A stretch of DNA of 64,000 nt, taken from contig OZ024743.1 of NCBI GenBank assembly GCA_964016885.1, forward strand, positions 49,600,001 to 49,664,000. Reading direction: 5' to 3'. Position 1 is the stretch's first letter. Each line of letters begins with the position of its first letter. The notes under the pieces are model-generated. The model ran no database searches, was not told the origin of the DNA, and saw only the letters and a list, made by a program, of their open reading frames with translations. Source of the stretch: Eledone cirrhosa (Eukaryota). The position numbers were made by a program, and so were the translations under genes. Positions 28,158-40,427 of this stretch are shown in pieces.

Positions 28158-28645
28158 AATAAATGTAATCTGAGTTTTTCGAATATTAATAATAACATTC
28201 GATTCGTTTGCAATTATGCAAACAAACCTCAATTTTATAGCCATGGCAGTAGAATGAACACTTCATTCTTGCTCTTGTGTTGGCATGTGAACAGAACTGC
28301 AGACACTAATGTTTCTGGGTATCACCCTTCAGTACAGCTTTCTGTTCACAGACATGCAAATCAGGCTGATCAGTCACTGTATTTTAGAAAATAGCATATA
28401 TTTTCACTAGCTCTGACAGTTTGGCAGGTGAACAGTGATGAAGGGTGATACCCAGAAACATTAGTGTCTGCAGTTCTGTTCACATGCCAATATAAGAGCA
28501 AGAATGAAGTGTTCATTCTACTGACATGGCTATAAAATTGAGGCTTGTTTGCATAATTGCAAACGAATCGAATGTTATTATTAATATTCGAAAAACTCAG
28601 ATTACATTTATTCTATTTAGCCATGTAGAGCGAAATTTTCTTTTT
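28158..28645 (+). mobile_element. Penelope-type terminal repeat or retrozyme-like unit with a long inverted duplication and degenerate minimal hammerhead, in (TA)n
   Basis: Arms 28158-28349 and 28428-28612 are near-perfect reverse complements. Core TGATGA-AGGGTGATACCCA-GAAACATTAGTGTC; related to 57250-57780. Confidence 0.7.
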
Positions 28646-28734
28646 TATATATATATATATATATATATGTCCCACCCTTGCAAGCAGGGAAAAGCGGACG
28701 TAAAATGATGATGATGATGATGATATATATATAT

Positions 28735-29553
28735 AAGAAGGCCGAGGGTGTCTTGGCATCACTCAGCAAGACCTTTGTTAGCCGCTCTCCAGCCATCTAT
28801 TTAAAACTGTATACAGCTATGGTGCGACCACACTTGGAATTCGCATCATCAGTCTGGAACCCCTATCTTGCTTGGAACATTGACCTCCTGGAAACTGTTC
28901 AGAGACGTGCAACCAAGCGCATACCCTCCATCAGACACCTACCATACTCTGAACGCCTTGCTTCCCTGGGCATGGATTCATTGAAGCTCCGACGTCTGGC
29001 AATGGACTTGGTGAATACCCACAAAGTTTTTAACCATCTCGCCAACTGCAACCCTGAGCGCCTCTTTGATCTCCATGTGTCTAACACACGTGGACATGCC
29101 TACAAGATAAGAAAACAGCACAGCTCCCATGACTTTCGCAGACATTTTTTCACGCTCAGAGTTGCTGAAGCATGGAACAAACTGCCTGCGTCAATTGTTA
29201 GCTGCCGAGATACTGCATCCTTTAAGACACTCATGCTTCCCAAAATACGCCAAAACTACACCTGATGTACCCCTTCCATACACATGCACACATGTGTGTA
29301 TCATGACTCGTGCACTGTTCATTTTACTGATGTTTGTACATTGCCCTATGTACTGTACATGCACTTTTTTGATGAGTTGTGGTGCACCTGGGCACTGTGC
29401 ACAATATTTCGTTATTGTTATTATATCATGACTCATACACTGTTTATTTTCCTGACATTTGTACATTATTCTATGTACTATACATGCACCTTTGATGAGT
29501 TGTAGTGCACCTGAGCACTGTACACAATAATTTCATTATTATTATTATTATTA
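28735..29553 (+). mobile_element. 5'-truncated CR1/L2-type LINE (RT C-terminus, duplicated 3' UTR, (ATT)n tail)
   Basis: LYTAMVRPHLEFASSVWNP, ETVQRRATK, YSERL, TRGH, RRHFFTLRVAEAWN motifs; stop at 29265. Confidence 0.85.
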
Positions 29554-29619
29554 TTTATATATAAATATATATATAACAATTACAAATGAATTGATTTTTA
29601 AATCTTTTTGGTTGATATA

Positions 29620-29666
<47 letters not shown>

Positions 29667-30084
29667 AGATTAAACCAGTATTAAATTAGTTAGACCATTA
29701 TTCAACAGAGTACACAATACGTATGATATTAGAGTGTGACTGTAGTCAAAAGAGTTGGGGCCTGACGGCTGAGCTCTTCCCATTTCAACAACTAGTGTTC
29801 CAGCATCTGAAACAAGAGCTTGACCGTTGGACACTGATTGTTGCGAAGAAAAATATATATATATGATGAGGAGAAAACACTAGCCAGATAAAGTTTATTT
29901 TCTCAAGAAGTCAAGATAAACTGATGGCTGCAAACACTGAGTCCTTCCCTGGTTAGGAGTGTGCCTCCCAACATAACCTAGTTGTTAGTGGCTTTAGAGT
30001 TAGAGCTATACAAACTTGAAGACTGAAGGTAATCTTGAAGGGTATGGAAGCTGAAGGAGCCCTTAACTCATGACAGTGAGGAAG

Positions 30085-31020
30085 AGGAGATAGAGACCTA
30101 CAACATAGAACAGTGGGAGTTTCTGAGAGATAACCTGCTGAATGCCATAATCAAGATTTGTGGTTGGGGCAAAGCCCCAAGAATGGAGGGTAACATGGTG
30201 GTGGAACAGCGGGGTGGTTGAAGCAATAAGGGCTAAGAAAGAGGCAAGGAAAAGACTAAATGGTGGATGCAGAAAATAATAGCAAGAAGTTAGGCATCAG
30301 GCACTCTCTGAAGAACGGAAGCAAAATGTAAGAATTCGGCACACATTCTACAGCAAGAGGTGTTCAGAATTGCAAAATAGTGAATCAGAGAAAATCAGGT
30401 TGTTGTTGGAGAGAAGTGTGTCCAGAATGACAGTGTTGCACTTGCCCTCACCAATGTGAAGAAGAAAGAAGCATGGAAGTGCCATTGTGGGAGACTGTTG
30501 AAAGGGAAGAATGCATAGGAGGAAGATGGTTTGTTGCAAGTTAGCAGCATTATGGGAAGTAAGGTAATTTAGGATATGAAGACAGGCAAAGCAGCTAGAC
30601 CATTAGGGATAATTGCTGAGATGCTGAAAGCATCTGGGATGGTTACATGTTAACCACACATATTGTAAATTGAGTAATACAGGATATTGTCATACACAAT
30701 GACAGGTGTAGCAGCATCATTGTTCACTGTGACAAGGGCAATCGAGATTTACTGGATAGAGGAAACTAGAGAAGCTTCAAGCTGGTGGACAAGGTTAAGA
30801 AAGTTATGGAAAGAATTATAGCACACATGTTCAACTATTGAGTCAACCTAGATGAGATGCAGTTTGGCATTGTACTGAGTAAAGTGCAACAGATGATGTA
30901 AGATTAAGCCTCTCTACATAGCATTTGTTGATATGGAAACAGCTTTTAGCAGTGTCTTGCTCCATAATCTGATGGGCTTTTAGGAGACTAGGGTTAGATG
31001 AGTGGCAGACTAGGGGTTAA
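30085..31020 (+). mobile_element. Old, heavily degenerate RTE LINE fragment
   Basis: Collinear remnants of TYNIEQW, TWWWN, DEMQFG, GLDEW, matching the minus-strand element at 38200-39200. Confidence 0.65.
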
Positions 31021-32244
31021 AACTTTGCAGCTTTAGTGTATGAAACAAATGACTGAGAGGACTTTTCAGTTGTGTCAAAGTAATGACACCCTGTCTAGTG
31101 GTGGTGTCACAGTAAATCACACCCAGTCCATTCTGTAGAATACAGAAATATATATACGCAAGATGTAACAACCAGCTCATCTGAGATATCAGTGGTTCCT
31201 GCTAAGAACTGACTTGGTCTGTAATGACCCATCAAACCCTTGCTATCAAGGAGAATAAATGTTAAATGATGATATATATACAGATACTCATCACTTACAG
31301 ACCACCCCTTTTAATAACTTCTCACCTTACGACCAGTAACAAGTGCCAACTGCCACACATTGCCTCAGAAAAACCCTCTGACCCATGCCAGCATAGAAAT
31401 GTAAAATGATGGTGGCGACAATGATGATAATGATGTAAAATGATGATGATGATAATGATGTAAAATGATGATGATGATGATGTAAAATGATGATGATGAT
31501 GATGTGAAGTTGTGGGGATGATGTGGGTATAAAATGACGTTAGTGGTAATGATGATAATAATGTAAAATGGTGATGATAGTTAATATATATGTATTTTTG
31601 TAGAAAACGTCTGTTTAAACTATAATACACCATCTGAAGGTAGTTCTGAGATATGATGAGGAGAACCAACAGATAACATTGCTAGGAATGTAATATGAGT
31701 GATTCTAGAGACAAAATGTTTGATGACGTCACACTGCTATAAACAGCAACAACATGGTTTAAAGATCTGAAGACTATTTTCAGTTTGTTTAAGCTACATG
31801 TACATCAATATAGAAGAAGAAAAAAAATAATAATTAACAAAATGTAAAAATATATTCTGTAAGTAATGTCAAAGTTAATTTGCGGCATATGAGATTGATA
31901 TGAGGAAATGTTTGAAGCAAAGCATGATATTGGTAAATATCCCTTGAGGAATTCTGTGATGATACAGAATTAAACATTTCAGTGGAATAGTGAGCACAGA
32001 TGCTGCATAAGGGATGTATGAAAATAACTTGTAATTATATGCACACTCACACACATATATATATATATATAAAATATATATATATACATATATATATACA
32101 TATACGCATATATACATATATATGTGTGTGTGTGTATGTGTGTGTGCATATGTATATATATATATTATATATATATATCTAGTTCAAGAATAGACAAGAC
32201 AAACAGAGATACAAAAACACAGTTTTATTTTGTTTACTCTAGAG

Positions 32245-32280
<36 letters not shown>

Positions 32281-32283
<3 letters not shown>

Positions 32284-33160
32284 GTGCGGTTACACAACAG
32301 TTAGTTCACAATACCGAGAACAATTGTTTCACCTTCGTGGATCTTCAGCTTGTTGGGATGTGTATGTTTATAGGAACAGGAAGGACAACCATACGAACGC
32401 GCATGCGCAGAAACTCGGTCACTTCACACAGGCAATACTAGACTGTGTGCGGGAGGTGTAAGGGAGATAACTGTGAAAGTCCGGAAAGATTTTAGGTTGA
32501 AAATAAAATAAAAAAAATAAAAAATAAAATTACAAAGAATCAGTCCGGAGCCTTGTAGTTATGCAATAGATGTTTTGTGACGTGTGGACAACGTGTGAAA
32601 AATTCACTCCTCGTGTTTAAGCAATCACTATTGCGTAATCTCTTTAGGATTGCTATTCGTTCGTCGATACATAAGCCACACGTCGGATTTCCCCTTGCGT
32701 ATGGCTTGGACTTAGTGATGGCATTCCATTGAATGGAGTAGCCTATACTTGAGTCCTTGAGGGACCATACGTGGCTCGCGAGTTTCGTGGATGAACGTCT
32801 GTCCGAGTATCTGAAGGTAGACTGGTGGTTCAGGAAACGCTCCTTGAATCAGCCCTCTGCCATGCCCACATAGGATTTGATCTCCTGTGGTTCGTTTGCT
32901 CGGTTGGAAGTGACCACAGCTTCATAGATGACAGCTGGTGTGTTGCATTGCTGTTGAAGGGGGGGAAAGCTTCAGGCTTATGGCAAGAACACCCTGGTGG
33001 GGTGTTGCTTTTAGGGCTGCTGGTGATGTGGGCCTTCATGTTCTTAGTGCAGGAGTATCCTAGTTTAACTTTGTGTCGGTTAAAGATGGAGCGGTATTTA
33101 TGACCTAAGAGGAAGTGTCTATCTAAGAGGGCTAGACATTTTTTTTTCCTACATTGGTTG
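32281..33160 (-). mobile_element. 5'-truncated Penelope-like element: linker plus GIY-YIG endonuclease (degenerate) and 3' terminal repeat, abutting (TA)n
   Basis: Minus strand reads RSIFNRHKVKLGYSCTKNM, then after a frameshift AVIYEAVV..KSYVGMAEG*FKERF..LASHVWSLK..CGLCIDE..LNTRSEFFTRCPH. Hammerhead-like CTGAAGA..GAAACAATTGTT at 32319-32348. Confidence 0.85.
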
Positions 33161-33245
33161 AGTGTCAAAGGCATCATGTGGAGAGTCAGGAGTTAAAAAG
33201 ATGTTTTGCTTGAAAGAACACAATTACAGGTAGCACTGGTTGAAA

Positions 33246-33281
<36 letters not shown>

Positions 33282-33286
<5 letters not shown>

Positions 33287-34717
33287 GTGATGAAGAGGTG
33301 TGATTTTGATGATATCATCCTGGGGTTCTGTAACGGAGCACTGGAGAAAGGAGTTGCCCCGAATCAGTGGAGCATCAGTAACATCATCCCAGTGCCAAAG
33401 AAGGGAGATCTCTCTAACACCAACAACTACCGGGGGATCTCACTGGCGTCACTTGTGGCAAAGACCCTCAACAGGATGATTCTTAACAGGATCCAGCCTG
33501 AGATGGAGAAGAAGCTCAGGGACAACCAGAACGGCTTCAGAGAGGGTAGATCAACCACCAGTCACATCCTGATGCTGAGGAGGATATTAGAGGGAGCTAG
33601 AGCAAAGTGCCTTCCTGCGGTCATGGTTTTCATTGACTTTAGGAAGGCCTTTGATTCTGTGGACCGTTACTGCCTGATGAAGATCTTACAGGCTTATGGA
33701 ATCCCCAAGAGGATAGTGGACCTGATATCACTGCTCTACACCAACACCAAAGCCCAAGTCATTACACCTGATGGGATGACAGAGTTCTTTGAGATACTGG
33801 CTGGAGTGCTCCAGGGAGATACATTGGCTCCCTACCTTTTTGTCATCGTAGTGGACTATTGTATGCGCCTTGCACTGGAGAAACACCAGGACTCTGGCTT
33901 TACTGTAGCACCGGCTCAGAGCAGGAGAGTTAGGGCGAAAAAGGTATCGGATGCTGAATTTGCCGACGACATAGTTTTGGTGACAAATACAGTGAAGGAG
34001 GCAGAGGATTTGATGCGGGAGGTTGAGACTGTGTCGATGAGTGTGGGGCTGATAATGAATGAGACTAAAACAAAATATCTGGTAGAGAATGTTGAGAAGC
34101 CAGAGGGGATCACTAATGTAGGCGGGAAGCCGCTGGAATTGGTTGAGGACTTCCTGTATTTGGGAGCAAAGATTGGGAATACGGAAGATGATGTGGTTGA
34201 GAGGAAGAGCAAGGCCTGGGCGGCGTGCCACAGCTTGAGATCGGTGTGGAAGTCGGACCTTCGTAGAGACCTGAAAATCCGCCTCTTCATTGCTGTGGTG
34301 GAGTCTGTGCTGCTGTATGGGTCTGAGACTTGGACACTGACCAAGAAACTCACTCAGATGGTGGATGGGTGCTACACGAGAATGCTGAGGATGGCTCTGA
34401 ACATTAATCAGTATACACTGAGGATGAAAAACTCAGAGCTGTATGGGAGCATCCCAAAAGTCAGCTCAAAAGTGACACAGAGGAGACTGAGGTTGGCTGG
34501 ACATGCTCACCGACATCCAGAGTTGACATTGCACTCAGTGCTCCTTTGGGAGCCCCTACATGGACACACTAGAAGAGGAAGACCAAGGTTAACATATGTT
34601 GATGCCCTAAGGACAGACACTGGTCTGTTGGAGATGCAGGATATGGCAGCGATAATGAGGGACAGAGACCGCTGGAGAGAACTCGTCCATGGATCTCGGG
34701 AATTTTACCCGCCTTAG
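33282..34717 (+). mobile_element. 5'-truncated RTE-clade LINE with an uninterrupted RT ORF and essentially no 3' UTR, inserted in (TA)n
   Basis: NYRGISL, QNGFR, FIDFRKAFD, GVLQGDTLAP, FADD, FLYLG, LLYGSETW, GRPR motifs; TAG stop immediately followed by (AT)n. Confidence 0.92.
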
Positions 34718-34989
34718 ATATATATATATATATACTTTCAGTGCTACCTATAATTGTGTTCTTTCAAGCAAAACATCTTTTTAACTCCTGACTCTCCACA
34801 TGATGCCTTTGACACTAAAAACAATTATGTACTCTAAATGTTCTAAATGACTAGGATTTTAGTTACATGTTTCAACATTCCCTATGCTCCGATGAATCCA
34901 GACTTCCCTCTGGAAGAAACAATTGTCAGCAAATAAATGTTCTAAACTAAAATTTGATCATTTTAACACTTTGTGTATATATATATATA

Positions 34990-36211
34990 TCATCATCATC
35001 ATCATCATCACCGTTTTACGTCCGTTCTTCCACGCTAGCATGGGTTAGACGGGTTGTCCTGTTGTGGGCAGTGTCTGGTCCGCTGACCATGCCTTGCTCA
35101 TACAGGAACTGATCTTGCTTGATTTCTACAGCTGGATGCCCTTCCTAACACCAACCTCATTTACAGTGAGTGCTGGGTGCTTTTTCGTGGCGCCTACACG
35201 TCCACTTTACAGTGTGGGCTGGGTGCTTTTTTGCCGTGGCACCTCCACGGCCACCTTGCGGTGGAGGGGGGGGCATATTGTTTATATGCTTCAGCATGTA
35301 CCCATGGGAGGTCGGGTACCCTGTATTACTGCGTGACGCCAGAAGTCACGGTCGTGTGTCATTGACTTTGAGAGGTGTAGTTGGGTAAGGTCGGCTTTTA
35401 TCACCTCATCCCAAGTCATCTTGGGTCTCCCCACTCCGCGGTTTCCATCAACTTCTAGTGCTCTGCACCTTTTTATGCAGCTGTCATCCTTCATACGCAT
35501 CACATGTCCATACCAGCGTAACCGCCTCTCCTGCACGCAGCATTTGATTCCTCTTATGCTCAGTCTCTCTCTCAATTCCTTTATGCTTTGTCGTTCACGT
35601 ATATTACTGTTACACATCCATCGGAGCATGCAGGCTTCGTTTCTCTCTAATCTACGTAAGTCTTCCACCTTCAGCGCCCAGGTCTCACTACCATGCAACA
35701 TCGCTGTTCGGATACACGCATCATACAGTCTGCCTTTCATTCTGAGGGAGAAGCCTTTTGCAGCTAGCAGTGGTAGTAGTTCCCTAAACTTCTTCCATCC
35801 CGTTCTTACCCTAGTTATTGTACTTTCTGAGCACCCACCTCCGTTGCTAATTCGGTCACCTAGGTAGCAGAAGCTGTCTACTGTTTCTACAGGGCCCTCC
35901 CAGAGATTGGTGGTACTTGTTTCCTGTGGCTGTTTGCTTGCTGTTTCAGCACAGCTGCTGCATGTGAATCCTACATTCTTAATTAAGCTTCCTGAGATCC
36001 CGCTACATCTCTTGTGTACCCATTGTTTGCATTTGGGGCAGAGAATGGAGTTTCTACCTACACCTTTCCTACATACTGAGCAAGGCCATTTCCCTGAGGG
36101 GATCTGGGTTCTGTTTTCTCGTCTACTTACAAGGACCTTAGTCTTTGTCATGTTGACTTTGAGGCCCTTTCTCTCTAGTCCCTGCTTCCAGGGACTAGAG
36201 AGAAAGGGCCT
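34990..36211 (-). mobile_element. 5'-truncated RTE LINE with an internal PHD-type finger, (GAT)n tail
   Basis: ORF 35291-36151: CSVC..CPKC....H..C..CSSC, FCYLGD, HGSETW, LRWYGHV, GRPK. Confidence 0.9.
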
Positions 36212-36695
36212 TTATATTTTTTCTCCAATCCATAAAACTGTCTGCTCTATAAGAAAAAGAAGCTTTCTCTGTCTATTTTTTTCTATTACTCTCGAAAACT
36301 GTCGGCAAAAATCACTGAATCCTGCTATTTCTCTTTGTTTCACTTGTTGATTTGTTGACCCACCATAATGCTATCTCTTCCACTACAACATATGACAGAT
36401 GACCCAAGCCAATAACCCAGTCCAACACACACCATAAATGTGGTTTGTGTTTAAGAAGAGCATAAACATATTCCCGCTATGAGTAAGGTATGGCATGGCC
36501 AACAGGCCAGACCCTCCAGTGGGACCACCCAGTACCACACTGTAAATGTGGTTGGTGTTAGGAAAGGTATCCAGCAGCTGTAAAAATCCCAGCCAAAACA
36601 CAGGTTCTGTTGTGAGCAAGGTTTGATGCGACCAACTAGCATGACCTTCCTCATAACGGAAAGACTTCATTTATATATATATATATATATATATA

Positions 36696-39600
36696 TCATC
36701 ATCATCGTTTAACGTTCATCTTCCACGCTAGCATGGGTTTGGACGGGAATTTACCCACTTGAGGCAAGATTGGTTGTCTTGCTCGTATAGGACGGTCTGG
36801 CGGGTTTTCTATGGTTGGATGCCCTTCCTAACACCAACCACGTTTACAGTGTGGACTGGGAGGTTTTTACCGTATTACCTACAAGGCCACATTACAGCGT
36901 GGACTGTGTTTTTTGTCGTGACACCTACACAGCCTCATTTAGGACTGGATGTTGTGGTACCAACATAACTACATCGAAAGGGGTGGGGTTAGTGGGACGG
37001 GGGTGTATTTTGGTAAGAGGTGCCTACTGACTGTAGGTTTGGCTTTGCACTTAGGCAAGGCGGGTCGCCAAAGATCTCGGTCAAGTGACATTGTCTTGGA
37101 GAGGTGTAAGTGTGTGAGGTCGGAATTTATCAAGTCATCCCAGGTTTTTCTGGGTCTGCCTACTTCGTGGCTACCGTCTATTTTTATTGCCCTGCACTTT
37201 TTTGTACAGCTGTCGTCTTTCATGCGCATCACGTGACCATACCAACGTAGTCTTCTCTCGAGTAAACAACATCTGATACCTCTTATTCCTAATTTCTCCC
37301 TTAGTTCGTTTATGCTTTGCCATTCACGTATATTACTATTACACATCCAACGGAGCATGCAAGCTTCGTTCCTCTCCAGTCTGCGTAGATCCTCTGCACA
37401 CAATGCCCATGTCTCACTGCCATGTAACATTGCTGTTCGTATGCAGGCATCATACAGCCTGCCTTTCATTTTTAGAGAAAAACCTTTAGCGGCCAATAGT
37501 GGTATAAGCTCTCTGAACCTTTTCCATCCCGTTCTGACTCTAGCTACTGTACTTTCAGAGCACCCTCCACCACTGCTGATTTTGTCACCCATGTAACGGA
37601 AGCTATCCACTATTTCTATAGAACCATCTGGGCAATGGAATGGGCTAGTATTCTGTGGGCACTTGCTGCTACTTATTGCACCTGAGCACCGGCCACATAT
37701 AAAATCTATGTTCTTAGTTAGTTTACCTGTGATCCCACTACATCTTTTATGCACCCATACTTTGCATTTGGGACATAAAATGGAGTTTCTGCCTACTCCT
37801 TTCCTACACACTGAGCATGGCCATTTCCCAGTTGGGACCAGTGCCCTATTTTCCTTCCTACATACTAGAACTTTAGTCTTAGACAGGTTAATTTTAAGGC
37901 CTTTTGATTCTAGACCATGCTTCCATATTTGGAATTTCTTCTCTAGTTCAGCCATTGATTCAGCTATAACCGTTAGATCATCAGCGTATAGGAGTTCCCA
38001 TGGGCAGCCAGTCTTGAAATCCTCTGTTATAGCCTGAAGGGCAATAATAAATAGGAGGGGGCTAAGGACGGAGCTCTGATGAACACCAACTTTTACGTTA
38101 AACTCTTCACTATATTCATTGTAAACTCTAACCTTGCTGATTGTTTCTTTATACATGTCTTGTATAGCTCTCACAAGCCATTCATCAACACCTAGTTTTC
38201 TAAGAGCCCACCAGATAATGGGGCATGGGACTCTGTCAAAGGCTTTCTCCAAGTCAACAAAAGCTAAGTATAGTGGTTTACTTTTAGCTAGGTACTTCTG
38301 TAGTTGTCGTACAATGAAAAGAGCGTTTCTGGTACTTTTACCTGACACAAACCCGAACTGCATTTCATCCAGATCAATTCACTCACTGATTAGTTGCGCT
38401 ATTACTTTTTCTGTGACCTTCATGACCTGGTCAATTAATTTAATGCCTCTATAGTTTCCCCTATCTAGAGCATCTCTTTTTACTCTTGTAGCAGTTAATG
38501 ATGCTGCTGCTACGCCAGTCCTTCGGTACGACCCCATTCTGTATGACTTGGTTTACTATCCGGGTGACCATAGTGTGTCCCACCGTTCCAGATGCTTTCA
38601 GCAACTATTTCCGAAGGCCTAGCCGCCTTGCCCATCTTCATATCTTTGATTGCCTTACTTATACTACCTTCAACTTGCACTGCTGGTCCCTCTATTGGTT
38701 CGATATGGGGGAGACTGTCTTTCTCCCATTTATTCTCCTCATTTAGTAGCCTTTCGTAGTGACACTTCCAAGCTACCTTCTTATCAGCGTCAGTGATGGC
38801 AAGTACACCATCATCATTAAGTACACACTTCTCCCCGACAATATCACAGTTTTCCTTGACACATTGCCTAGCAATCCTGAACACCTCACATTTTTGGTCC
38901 TCGCGTTGTAGAACATGCTTGAACTTTCTTTCCTCTGCTTCCCTTTTTGCGAAGTACACTTGTCTCCTAGCTTCCCTCCTGGCCACTTGATAGTCTTCTC
39001 TACTTCCCCCATCCCGCCATACTTTCGAAGCCTGCTTTTTGGCCTTGTTTGACTCCTCCACCTTACTGTTCCACCACCACGTTACTCTCCTCCTGCCTAC
39101 AGGCCTGCTCCAGCCACAGACTTCATCTGTCGCCTTCAGCAGGTTAGCTTTCAGGAATACCCACTGTTCCTCTATATTGTACGACTCTAATTGCTCTTGC
39201 TTATTGTCAAGTAATATGCTTTTAAATTTATTACTGGCTGTGGGGTCCTTTAGCTTCCATATTTTTCTCCTGAGGACAGTCCTCCTCTGTTGTCGAGTAC
39301 CTCTTGTCCTGACTATGAGGTCGCTAACTATGGGTCTATGTTGGGAGGTGCATTCTTCATGGGGGAGGGATTTAGTGTTTACAACAGACACTCTGTCACG
39401 TCTTCTGGTAAGGATATAATCTATCTGTTCTCCTGATCTATAGGTGATCAAGTGATTGTCTCGTTTTTTTAAGTTAGTGTTACAGATAGTTAGATTATTT
39501 GCGTCACAGAATTCCAGGATTCTGGAGCCTTCCTCATTTCTAGTACCAAACCCATAGCCTCCATGGATTCCGTCATAGCCGTCACAATGTTGTCCAACGT

Positions 39601-39715
39601 GACCATTTAGGTCACCAGGAATAATTATGTAGTCACTGTCGGTTACTTGGGAGGTAGTGAGCATTAATGACTCATAGAATCTGTCTTTTATAACGCCAGG
39701 CAGTCCGGATTGGGG
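36696..39715 (-). mobile_element. 3-kb RTE LINE (partial APE endonuclease, RT with PHD insert), frameshifted, flanked by (TA)n
   Basis: ORFs 38510-39664 (GDLNGHVG, QIDYIL, SQH, WWWN) and 36969-38363 (QFGF, DLEKAFD, YADD, PHD, LRWYGHV). Confidence 0.92.
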
Positions 39716-39733
39716 TATATATATATATATATA

Positions 39734-40098
39734 TCATCATCACCGTTTTACGTCCGTTCTTCCACGCTAGCATGGGTTAGACGGGTTGTCCTGTTGAGGG
39801 CAGTGTCCAGTTGGCTGATCTTGTCTTGCTCATACGGGAACTGATTCTGGCTTGATTTCTACAGCTGGATGCCCTTCCTAACACCAACCTCATTTACAGT
39901 GAGTGGTGGGTGCTTTTTTTGTCGTGGCACCTCCACGACCACTTTGCAGTGGAATGATAGGGACCCCAGTCCTATCATCTCATTTCTACAGCTGAGTAAA
40001 CTGGAGCAATATGAAATAAAGTGTCTTGCTCAAGGAAACAACACATCACCCGGTCCGAGAATTGAACTCACAACCTTTCGATTGCAAACCCAATGCTC
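39734..40098 (-). mobile_element. SINE family B: tRNA head, CORE-like domain, RTE-derived tail
   Basis: Reverse complement contains GAGTTCAATTC, CCTTGAGCAAGACACTTTATTTC, then the RTE 3' UTR ending in (GAT)n. Confidence 0.82.
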
Positions 40099-40427
40099 TC
40101 TCTATATATATATATATAGATAGATAGATATATCATGTCCATAGAATTATTAGATAAAATATATACAATTTCCTCTCCCAATTAGCATAATTAACCATAT
40201 AAAAAATCAATTCGACCAGGCTATAAGAATAAAGGCTCCTATGAAGAAATATTTCATAAATAACTGAAAGCAGCCTCTTCGCGGTTGACCACAATAAAGT
40301 ATTTACCCAACATTTCAACAGCATGTAGAAACTGACAAAATATATCGTCAACCATACACAATTAGGTATAGATTCAAATAGATATATATATATATATATA
40401 CACACACCCATATATATATATATATAT

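Noticed and set aside
32846-32856. In-frame TGA in the PLE endonuclease as selenocysteine
   Set aside because: Not at a Cys position; the copy is also frameshifted; CGA-to-TGA decay is the simpler explanation.
33161-34816. TIR DNA transposon carrying a reverse transcriptase
   Set aside because: The RT has its own (TA)n flanks and 5' truncation typical of an independent RTE insertion; no TSD is evident outside the arms.
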